Part shown: positions 56,756 to 64,000 of the stretch, one piece after another
Layout of the letters: the number at the start of each line of letters is the position of its first letter
How positions within the stretch are numbered: the first letter of the stretch is position 1
Assembly (NCBI GenBank): GCA_964522205.1
Contig: CAZFTG010000001.1
Coordinates: forward strand, 49,854-113,853
Direction of reading: 5' to 3'
Source: an uncultured Thermoproteales archaeon
GTDB taxonomy: Archaea; Thermoproteota; Thermoprotei; Thermofilales; B20-G17
Length of the DNA: 64,000 nt
The notes under the pieces: model-generated
Told to the model about the DNA's origin: nothing
The model's database searches: none
Seen by the model: only the letters and a program-made list of their open reading frames with translations
Made by a program: the position numbers and the translations under genes

Positions 56756-57559
56756 ATGAAAGAGATACTACTATCTAAGATGACATGGGAGGACGTAAAG
56801 AAGTGTATTGCAGAGAAGAGTATTGTCCTAGTACCTGTCGGCTCAATTGAAGAACATGGTCCACACCTACCCCTATCAACAGACTCTATAATTGCCGAGG
56901 AAGTAGCTAAGGAAACTGCTAGGAGAGTTATCAAAGAGGGCATTCCTATCTTAGTAGCGCCCACTATACCCTTCGGCTACAATTCAAAAAACGTCATGAA
57001 ATTTCCAGGAACTATAGCATTAGGGATAAATACGTTTATAGACCTCGTATCCGATTACCTCAACAGCTTGATTTCTCATGGCTTTAGAAGAATACTTGTC
57101 GTAAACGCTCATGGACAGAACTGTGGAGCTCTAAGAGTAGTTGCTAGAAAGATCTATGAGAAGACCTCAGTTCCTATAGCTATAGTACCCCTATGCATGT
57201 CACTCGCTAAAGAGACAATAACAAAGCACAGAAGATCTGATCTTGGAGGAGTAATGCACGCAGGAGAGGTTGAGACTTCGATAATACTCTACCTCAATAA
57301 GGATCTTGTAAAGTTAGAGAAAGCCTCTAAGGAGGTCACAATACCTCCTTCACCTATTCTAGGGGGTGATGTTACGCTCACACGTAAAATCTTCCTGACC
57401 ACATGGAGCTACTGGAGGAGTGAAAAGGGCGTCCTAGGAGATCCTACAGTCGCTCATGAGGAATTTGGAAAAATATTATTCGATAGTATTGTAGAGGAGC
57501 TGGTAAGTATAGTTAAAGAACTCTACTTCAAGGTATTTCCAACAATCGAGAAAGCATGA
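56756..57559 (+). CDS. Creatininase-family amidohydrolase
   Basis: VLVPVGSIEEHGPHLPLSTDSIIAEEVA, VVNAHGQN and HAGEVETS are the creatininase/ArfB/MftE-family metal-binding motifs. Confidence 0.8.
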   Translation: MKEILLSKMTWEDVKKCIAEKSIVLVPVGSIEEHGPHLPLSTDSIIAEEVAKETARRVIKEGIPILVAPTIPFGYNSKNVMKFPGTIALGINTFIDLVSDYLNSLISHGFRRILVVNAHGQNCGALRVVARKIYEKTSVPIAIVPLCMSLAKETITKHRRSDLGGVMHAGEVETSIILYLNKDLVKLEKASKEVTIPPSPILGGDVTLTRKIFLTTWSYWRSEKGVLGDPTVAHEEFGKILFDSIVEELVSIVKELYFKVFPTIEKA

Positions 57560-57686
57560 TGTACGCCAGGTTAAAGTTCAAGTATCGTAGAACTACCATG
57601 TTCAACAATAAACATGAAGATGCTAAGACTAGCCCTATAGGTCGATAAGTTTAAAACCTGCCTTTTCGCTATTACAGGGATAGTAT

Positions 57687-58787
57687 ATGAAAAGCGGATC
57701 CCACTACAAGGTAATTCCACATGCAGGTCGCCATGAGCCGTATAGGAAGCATGAGGAGTATTACAGGGGAAGACTTGTAGTCTCATTGTTGCTTGCACTT
57801 CCATTAGTTTTACTAGTGAATCCTCTAGTAGAGGCTTTACTAGAGCTTATACCTTCTCGTACATTAATCCCTGGATTAACTTTACTTCTGATGTCAATTA
57901 TGTACTTTTATGGAGGATGATCTTTCCTCAAGGGGATGTATGAGGAGGCTACTCGTAAAAGACCCGGCATGATGACTCTGGTCTCTTTGGACATTACAGC
58001 TTCGCTAGTCTATGGTTTTATTATCGCTTGTCCACATGCCCTAGGCATCAGAACATCCAATAGCCCAAGCGATAATAGAATACGCCGAAAACTTAGGTAT
58101 AAAAGCGAGGTCATGTGAAGAATTTCAAGCTATATCAGGAGTAGGAGTTCGAGGTATAGTTGATGGAGTCGAAGTATTCGTGGGAGGACCGGTAGAAGGG
58201 ACTGTAGTCTATGTAGTAGCCGATAAAAAGCTTCTCGGAAAGCTAGCCCTGGATGACGTAATTAGAAAGGAGTCTAGTGAAGCAATTAATAAACTGATGA
58301 AAAGAGGACTGGAGATTGTCATGCTGACAGGTGATAATGGAAAGACAGCTGAAAGAGTAGCTAGAGAGCTAGGGATAGATAAGTTCTTTGCTGAATTAAC
58401 TCCTAGAGATAAAGTTGAGATTATAGAGAGATTGAAGAAAGAGGGCATATAGTGACTATGGTAGGAGATGGAGTGAATGATGCTCCTGCTCTAGTAACTG
58501 CAGACCTCGGAGTAGCTATAGGAGCGGGTACACAAGTAGTTATAGAATCAGCTGATGTCATATTAGTGAGAAAGGACCCTAGGGGTGCTATCGAGGTACT
58601 GACCTTCTCGAGAGATATGAGGAGGAAGATGCTTCTGAATACAGCATGGACCCTTGGTTACGATACTATGATTATCACTCTGGCTACAGGGTTACTATTA
58701 AAGTTTGGTTTGATACTGACTCCCACTTTAGGGGCTATCGCTATAGCACTTAGCGATATCGTAGCTGTAATGATATCTGTACACTAG
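57687..58787 (+). pseudogene. CopB-type (P1B) heavy-metal P-type ATPase, degraded (internal deletions, frameshifts, stop)
   Basis: The fragments appear in successive frames. First a His-rich N-terminus plus TM (…LLMSIMYFYGG*SFLKGMYEEATRKRPGMMTLVSLDITASLVYGF). Then IIACPHALG, the CPH metal motif of TM6, joins directly after TM2. Then an N-domain piece (AQAIIEYAENLGIKARSCEEFQAISGVGVRGIVDGVEVFVGG), then VMLTGDNGKTAERVARELGIDKFFAELTPRDKVEIIERLKKEG*, then VTMVGDGVNDAPAL...ESADVILV. The actuator domain and the DKTGT site are missing. Confidence 0.85.
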
Positions 58788-58932
58788 ATCTCATAATAAA
58801 ATTGTATCCTCCAACAATTAACCCCTTAGTTAACTATTTCGATGGAAAACTAGTATCTCTCGAAACTCTCAAAGTAATCTATTATATTAAACTTTTGTCA
58901 CTAAGTTTAGGCTTTCTTCCATAAATTGAGAA

Positions 58933-59059
58933 TGGTCCCCCGGGCCGGATTTGAACCGGCGACCATCCGGTTTCGGCTGACCTCCATTCATGCTAGGGCC
59001 TGTGCCCCCTCATGGAGGCCTCTACAGCCGGACGCTCTTCCAGGCTGAGCTACCGGGGG
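58933..59059 (-). tRNA. tRNA-Tyr (GUA) with ~50-nt anticodon-loop intron, encoded CCA
   Basis: Reverse complement: CCCCCGG TA GCTC AGCCTGGAAGAGC G TCCGG CTGTAG[50 nt]A CCGGA TGGTC GCCGG TTCAAAT CCGGC CCGGGGG A CCA. The C1:G72 pair is the archaeal Tyr identity pair. Confidence 0.88.
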
Positions 59060-59397
59060 GTCTTCATCCACTATCACTTCATGAGGCGTAGTTTTAAGGA
59101 CTTCCCTTTAGTCCCAGAGATCTGTCTTTTTCTTGATATCGCTATTTCCATCCACGCATATAAAGGTAACGATATCAGTCCTCTCACCTCTATCTTAGGG
59201 CTTCTAGTAGTCTCTTATCCACTTTGGTGAAGGTGAATTCTGAGTAACAGGAGTAAAGAGATTACTATCCTAAAATTGTTCTAAGTTACCTATGGATTAA
59301 TGCAGTGCGTCATCTATTAGACTTATAGAGAATAAGAGAGCAGAGTATATTATGATAGTTACGTAGTTGGAAAAATGCTTACTCGCTACTTTGAAGT

Positions 59398-60786
59398 TTA
59401 GCGTTGGAAATCTTTCTCACCCCTTGGTTTAACTTTCCAAGCAGACTCTCCGCTTAGTTGCCAGTTAAGTAGCTCGGGAACCTTTAGTGGATCTGGCTTA
59501 CCCCATTTGCGCACATATCCACTCACTACCTTCTCTAGAAGCTTATGCAACTTAGAGCATAGATCCCTCTCTTCCATAGCTAGATTATTAAGCTCATAAG
59601 GGTCTTCGGTTAACTTGTAAAGTTCAGTGTCAGATCGACTGTAGACTATATACTTCCATCCTTCAGTAATCATTGAGCGAGCTGTGAAGCTCCCTGAAAC
59701 ATAGGTCCCTATCACTAAATTCCTTCCTCTTCCACTGTTAACCATAGTTAGAAGGCTCGTACCATCTATTTGGAAGTCTATCTTAACTCCTGCAACCTCT
59801 AGTATTGTTGGAAATATATCGAAGCTCTGGACAAGTCCATGAAACTTTTTACCTTTGAATTCTTGGTTTGGAAGCTTGAGAATAAGTGGGACATGTAAGA
59901 CCTCATTATAGAGCATCCCGTGACCGAACTCTATCCTCTCCCTAGAGAAACCCGGATGATTCTCAAACATTACCTCTCCGTGATCTGATGTCAGGACTAT
60001 CAGGGTTTCATCGTAAACTCCCATATCCTTAAGTTTCTCAAGTAAAATTCCTACTTGAGCATCCACATAGCGTATCTCGCAGTCGTAAAGTCTGACGAAC
60101 TCCTTCCTTTCGGGTGTTAGGTCGGAAACTTTACCCCACCCTGGAATGTACTCCACATCTCCTGAAAGTTTAACTTTAGGAGGTCTCGTGTAAAACTCGT
60201 CTAAGAACATCTTGCTATAGTCCTCAGGTACGTTGATATACGGTGTGTGGGGATCCCAATAGTGGATGAACATGAAGAAGCTCTTATCACCGTGTGTTTC
60301 AAGCCACTTTAGAGCATGGTAGTTAACCTCCTCAGCTGGAACCATATCCGTGTTCTTAACTATGTCGTCGTAGAGCCTATCATCTGTCGAGAAGGGTGGT
60401 CTTGGACGTGGATTTATGTAGTATTGATAGCCCCTCACGAACCACTTGGGATGGTATCCGAAGTTCACCATGTTATCAACAGCTACAGTAGTATAACCAC
60501 TGTGGAACAGAAGCTCTGCTAGAGTCGGTATCTTATCGTCGAGTACTATGTACCTCTCATTAAGCTTCCTCCACGCGTTTGTAATAACACTGGTGCCCAC
60601 TCCGCATATGCCTGTAATGAGGGAGGTAAAGGATGGGAGTGTGTATGGAAACTCGCTATAACAGTTTAGGAGCAATATACCATCCTCAGCCAGCCTGTCA
60701 ATATTAGGACTTGTCTCCCTGAAATATCCGTAACAACTCAAGTGATCGGCTCTCAATGTATCAATGACTATATACAATATGTTCAT
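59398..60786 (-). CDS. Sulfatase-fold (alkaline-phosphatase superfamily) hydrolase lacking the Cys/Ser-x-Pro-x-Arg motif
   Basis: MNILYIVIDTLRADHLSCYGY (the metal-binding N-terminus) and LTSDHGE are sulfatase-family hallmarks. At the nucleophile position the sequence is FPYTLPSFTSLITG instead of C/S-x-P-S-R-x-S-L-x-T-G. Confidence 0.7.
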   Translation of the reverse strand: MNILYIVIDTLRADHLSCYGYFRETSPNIDRLAEDGILLLNCYSEFPYTLPSFTSLITGICGVGTSVITNAWRKLNERYIVLDDKIPTLAELLFHSGYTTVAVDNMVNFGYHPKWFVRGYQYYINPRPRPPFSTDDRLYDDIVKNTDMVPAEEVNYHALKWLETHGDKSFFMFIHYWDPHTPYINVPEDYSKMFLDEFYTRPPKVKLSGDVEYIPGWGKVSDLTPERKEFVRLYDCEIRYVDAQVGILLEKLKDMGVYDETLIVLTSDHGEVMFENHPGFSRERIEFGHGMLYNEVLHVPLILKLPNQEFKGKKFHGLVQSFDIFPTILEVAGVKIDFQIDGTSLLTMVNSGRGRNLVIGTYVSGSFTARSMITEGWKYIVYSRSDTELYKLTEDPYELNNLAMEERDLCSKLHKLLEKVVSGYVRKWGKPDPLKVPELLNWQLSGESAWKVKPRGEKDFQR

Positions 60787-60927
60787 GTTGAAATAGTGAT
60801 GATTAAGACTAATAAGCCTTATGAAATTAGAGCAATTTAAGCTTAACTACCGACAGCCTATGAAAATGCTCTAGAAGTCGGGAGTACTATTGTCTTAAAT
60901 TTCATAGTAGAGGACATGAAGCTGTCA

Positions 60928-62010
60928 TTATGATACCTTTAATATACTCTTGAGCCTATCTATGTAATACACATAGTGTTGGAAGGGCACATCTGCGGGA
61001 ACACAGTGATCTACACTGGGTATGTAGCCCCCCTCTTCAATGAGTGGTTTGATTCTCGTGAGTTCTCTATCGATATACTTAGGTCCAGCAGCTAAAGCCA
61101 TTTTATCGATATTTCCTATGAGCAGTAATCTTCTACCAAATTTCTCTCTAAGCTTTACAGCATCTAACCCACACACGAACTCTAGAGGGTATAGGCAGTT
61201 TACTCCCCCCTCCATGAATAGGTCGGTTATAGGCTCGTGATTACCATCAGTATCCACCATAACTATATCCACACCCTTACTTCTAATGAGGTTAGTCACC
61301 TTCTTGTAGTTGGGTAGCATGAACTCCTCAAAAAGTTTAGGAGATATTAGGGGGCCATTTTTATAGCACATATCCTCCCATATGGTGACATAGTCTGGTC
61401 TCACTTTGTCCAGAACTTTACTCAGTATTCTAACTAGGAATTCACTCCAGAAGTCCATTATATCAGCCACTAGATCAGGTTTTCTGTAGAAGTACATCAA
61501 TAATCTCTTTAAGCCTAAGATGTTCCTAGCATATCCAAAGAAACCAGTAACACTTAGCATGACAACTCTATCGGTAGTAGCATAGTACTCGAATAGTTCA
61601 TCACTCCACGTTAATGGAAGCCTTCTGAGATCATCTGGATCGAATCTTTCCTTCATTTTCTCCCAATCCTTCCAGTTCTTAACTGGGTGCTCAATGAAGA
61701 GTGGCATTGATGTTCCAGTCTTAAGTCTCTTCATAACTATGCCACTATAATCTCTATACACCTCGTATTTATCCGTCTCCTCGATGGTCTTCCTCACGAA
61801 CTGGGGTATAGGACCTAGGTTTAGAGGAATACTTTCCCTCTTATCGAAGTTGAAGTAATCGTAGACATCGATCCCTGAGGGGAGTCCTTCGGAGTGCCAT
61901 CTATCTAGAGTCTCTCTCCAATAACCTAGCCATTCATAGTAAGGTATCCTATCAACACTTTTGTAGTGCATCCATGCCTGAAAACGCTCACGGTAACTCA
62001 TCATAGTCAA
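60928..62010 (-). CDS. Uroporphyrinogen-decarboxylase (URO-D) family protein, MtaA/CmuA-like
   Basis: 360 aa. The N-terminus SYRERFQAWMHYKSVDRIPYYEW and the C-terminus EEGGYIPSVDHCVPADVPFQHYVYYIDRLK fit the URO-D-like TIM-barrel family as seen in methylcobamide methyltransferase homologs. This is by-eye similarity. Confidence 0.55.
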   Translation of the reverse strand: MTMMSYRERFQAWMHYKSVDRIPYYEWLGYWRETLDRWHSEGLPSGIDVYDYFNFDKRESIPLNLGPIPQFVRKTIEETDKYEVYRDYSGIVMKRLKTGTSMPLFIEHPVKNWKDWEKMKERFDPDDLRRLPLTWSDELFEYYATTDRVVMLSVTGFFGYARNILGLKRLLMYFYRKPDLVADIMDFWSEFLVRILSKVLDKVRPDYVTIWEDMCYKNGPLISPKLFEEFMLPNYKKVTNLIRSKGVDIVMVDTDGNHEPITDLFMEGGVNCLYPLEFVCGLDAVKLREKFGRRLLLIGNIDKMALAAGPKYIDRELTRIKPLIEEGGYIPSVDHCVPADVPFQHYVYYIDRLKSILKVS

Positions 62011-62385
62011 GTCTACTCCACGATAATTCTCATATTAGAGTTAATTAGGCTTACCTCGAATTCTCTGGACTGCATCTCGAGGAATTAGATCAAGTATAAG
62101 AAATTCGAAGAGCATGGACTTCGCTCAGCAGATCCAACATATCTAAAGATTTTAATTGAAAGAGATTTCGAAGTGAACTAGATCCGGAGAATTATACAAG
62201 GTCAGGATTCATAATCATCGGAGAGATGTACATGTCGTATGAGAAGATAGAAGAGGTCGATATTCTTGATCTCCTCATTCATGACTTTAATATAGTACTT
62301 AAGTTCGATATTTCAGATCCGAGAATAGCATTAGAAACCTTAAGAGAGCTCGAAAGGTTAAAGTACTCGATATGAGCTAATAAAA

Positions 62386-62732
62386 GGGGCCCGGGGAAAA
62401 GCCCTGGGGGGCTACCCCTCCCCTACCTCGGTACATACCGAGGTCCGTAAACGGGGGATATGACGGGGGGCGTTAACCCCACATCAAGGCTCTCCTCTTC
62501 ACCGAGCAGGTGGAGGGCCTCTGTGAGGGTGAACCTCGGTCCCACGGGGTTCCGGAGGCAGGGATGCCACTCGTAGGAGTGGCTAAACTGCCTTGCCGTC
62601 CGAACCGGGTTAGGCCCGGGAGGGAGCGGCCCTAAGGACGGACGGGACGTTCGTGGGAGTGCCGAGGATGACTCACATGCTCTCCCCCTCTCGGTGAATG
62701 AGAGTCGAGATGTGGGGGATGCCCGGGCCCCC
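62386..62732 (+). ncRNA. Signal recognition particle (7S/SRP) RNA
   Basis: A ~350-nt GC-rich island whose 5' GGGGCCCGGGG pairs with the 3' CCCGGGCCCC. It contains GUUAGGCCCGGGAGGGAGCGGCCCUAAGGACGGACGGGACG, which aligns with the universally conserved helix-8 core (GUCAGGUCCGGAAGGAAGCAGCCAAGGCAGAUGACG of E. coli 4.5S). The ends are +/-10 nt. Confidence 0.85.
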
Positions 62733-62773
62733 TTAAGTCAAAGAGTTATATAGTCACGGTCGTTCTAGATTCT

Positions 62774-63595
62774 ATGGATAGGAAGACTCGTATACCCCTA
62801 TTATATGGACATCCCTCTCATAAGAGTATAATAGAGCCTATCGATTGGCTAGAGCATGTGTGTAGTATCAGAAAGATCGCTCTTCCCAGGCTACCTAAAT
62901 ACTGTATTTTATCATTTAAGTATACTAGGGCTATGGAATACCTCGAGGAGTACGAACCAAGTATTGTAGAGCCTTTCACCGATGACTATGAAGTATGTAC
63001 CTTCGACTATGAGGGAGTTCCTATGTGTTTTGCATATTTGGGTGTAGGTACTCCATTAGCAGGAGCTAGATTTGAGGAAGTAATAGCTCTTGGAGTAGAG
63101 TATGCTATTCTTATAGGAGGTGTAGGCTCTCTTAAACCCGAAATTGAACAATGGAGATTGATAGTTCCTGTGAGGGCTATAAGGGACGAAGGCACCTCAT
63201 ATCACTATGCTATTCCCTCTACCTACTCCTATCCTAGCTCTCTAATGCTTAAGGTGATCGAAGATACACTCAAAGAGGAGGGGGTCGAGTATCTCAAAGG
63301 AACTGTGTGGACTACAGACGCTCCTTATAGGGAGACTATTGAGAAACGTAGGGAGTCCATGAGGCTGGGGGCTATATGTGTTGATATGGAGGCTTCAGCT
63401 CTCTTCGCAATAGCCAATTTCAGAGGAGTTCATCTAGGGGCAATATTCTATGCTTCAGATCTAGTGAGTGAGGAGGGATGGAGTGCTAGAGTATACCCTG
63501 ATCATAAGACTAGGTTTGAGGACACTATTAAAAAGCTATTAAGGTGCTCGATGAGTATACTTCATCGAGTACATCAGAAGAGATCGTACTCTTGA
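62774..63595 (+). CDS. Nucleoside phosphorylase, PNP/UDP family 1 (uridine-phosphorylase-like)
   Basis: 273 aa. GVGTPLAGARFEEVIALGVEYAILIGGVGSL ... IRDEGTSYHY ... VWTTDAPYRET ... CVDMEASALFAIA follows the PNP_UDP_1 pattern. Confidence 0.7.
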   Translation: MDRKTRIPLLYGHPSHKSIIEPIDWLEHVCSIRKIALPRLPKYCILSFKYTRAMEYLEEYEPSIVEPFTDDYEVCTFDYEGVPMCFAYLGVGTPLAGARFEEVIALGVEYAILIGGVGSLKPEIEQWRLIVPVRAIRDEGTSYHYAIPSTYSYPSSLMLKVIEDTLKEEGVEYLKGTVWTTDAPYRETIEKRRESMRLGAICVDMEASALFAIANFRGVHLGAIFYASDLVSEEGWSARVYPDHKTRFEDTIKKLLRCSMSILHRVHQKRSYS

Positions 63596-63774
63596 TTTAA
63601 CAATGAGGGGGAATGGAGATGATGCCTCATGAGATCAACTTCAAGATACATCAGAGGAACATCGAATAGTCGATAAAAGTACTCTACTAAGTATCTTAAG
63701 GTTGTACACGGGACATTAATACTCTAAACAGCAGTCTTACTAGTTAGTATAATTGCATCCAGTTCTAGGGTTGG

Positions 63775-63926
63775 AAAATGGAGCTCCCCTTTGAGGCAAG
63801 GGTATTCATGTCCTCAGTTGAACTCATGAAATCGTCGTCCCTTGCTGTAAAAAATACTGTTATAGCGCTTACACGTCAATGATTATCAGTGGGTCTTGGT
63901 GAGCTTTAGTCTCCTCGGGGAGCTCC
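63775..63926 (-). ncRNA. Unclassified structured RNA candidate, copy B (paralog of 40902..41053)
   Basis: A perfect 10-bp closing helix pairs 63917-63926 (GGGGAGCTCC) with 63780-63789 (GGAGCTCCCC). An inner 7-bp helix pairs 63796-63802 with 63839-63845. On the minus strand CGTAAAGTTTATATA lies at 63949-63963, with the first TATA T 30 nt before the helix start. It is followed by UUUUCC (63771-63778). Confidence 0.5.
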
Positions 63927-63948
63927 AATTTAATTATAGAATCTCTTA

Positions 63949-63963
63949 TATATAAACTTTACG
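63949..63963 (-). promoter_or_regulatory. BRE/TATA-like promoter of RNA candidate copy B
   Basis: Minus strand reads CGTAAAG TTTATATA. The sequence and spacing are conserved with 41076-41090. Confidence 0.5.
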
Positions 63964-64000
63964 TTGGGATTTCATTAGGACTAGTAGAAACTCTTAAGTC

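Noticed and set aside
59012-59230. ORF 59012..59230 (+)
   Set aside because: It starts inside the tRNA-Tyr gene on the opposite strand and has no coding signature.
62221-62370. A 49-codon ORF (MYMSYEKIEEVDILDLL...) just upstream of the SRP RNA
   Set aside because: It is short, has no recognisable motif and is not in the ORF track. It is possibly real but unsupported from the sequence alone.

Overview
This is a 64-kb stretch of an AT-rich archaeal chromosome in which the stable RNAs stand out as GC-rich islands. The content points to a hyperthermophilic crenarchaeon (Desulfurococcales/Thermoproteales-like; this is inference only). The evidence is nine tRNA genes, five with introns and two of those at non-canonical positions, plus an SRP (7S) RNA, C/D-box sRNAs, BRE/TATA promoters, ribosomal protein L10e and AMP phosphorylase.

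Protein content is mostly housekeeping and accessory metabolism:
- a peptide ABC importer
- a DtxR-regulated Zn/Mn-type ABC importer
- tRNA/rRNA methyltransferases (THUMP/Trm14-like, SpoU/TrmJ-like, Trm5)
- a radical-SAM operon
- nucleoside phosphorylases (AMPpase, MTAP, a Udp-like enzyme)
- two GH42-like glycosidases
- a biotin module (carboxyltransferase, small subunit, BCCP, BirA)
- a kinase/isomerase/aldolase sugar cluster
- an MttB-family methyltransferase and a URO-D-family protein
- a two-gene surface module: a giant C25-like peptidase plus a coiled-coil membrane anchor

Decayed genes include an integrase fragment and a PaREP1 pseudogene beside tRNA-Leu, a PIN/antitoxin remnant, and a CopB-type P-ATPase wreck.

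The most unusual signal is a pair of paralogous elements at about 40.9 kb and 63.8 kb. Each has about 235 bp of block homology and contains a candidate structured RNA of about 150 nt. Each candidate has its own conserved BRE/TATA at identical spacing, an oligo-U terminator, and two helices whose differences between the copies are compensatory. I cannot assign it to any RNA family I know.

Other points worth a second look are a Trm5 gene interrupted by a single in-frame TAG in the D1-D2 linker, C/D-like sRNA(s) whose guide is complementary to the 16S 3'-end (anti-SD) sequence, and a K-turn-like element inside a 50-nt tRNA-Tyr intron. No CRISPR array, rRNA gene or recognisable defence system was seen.
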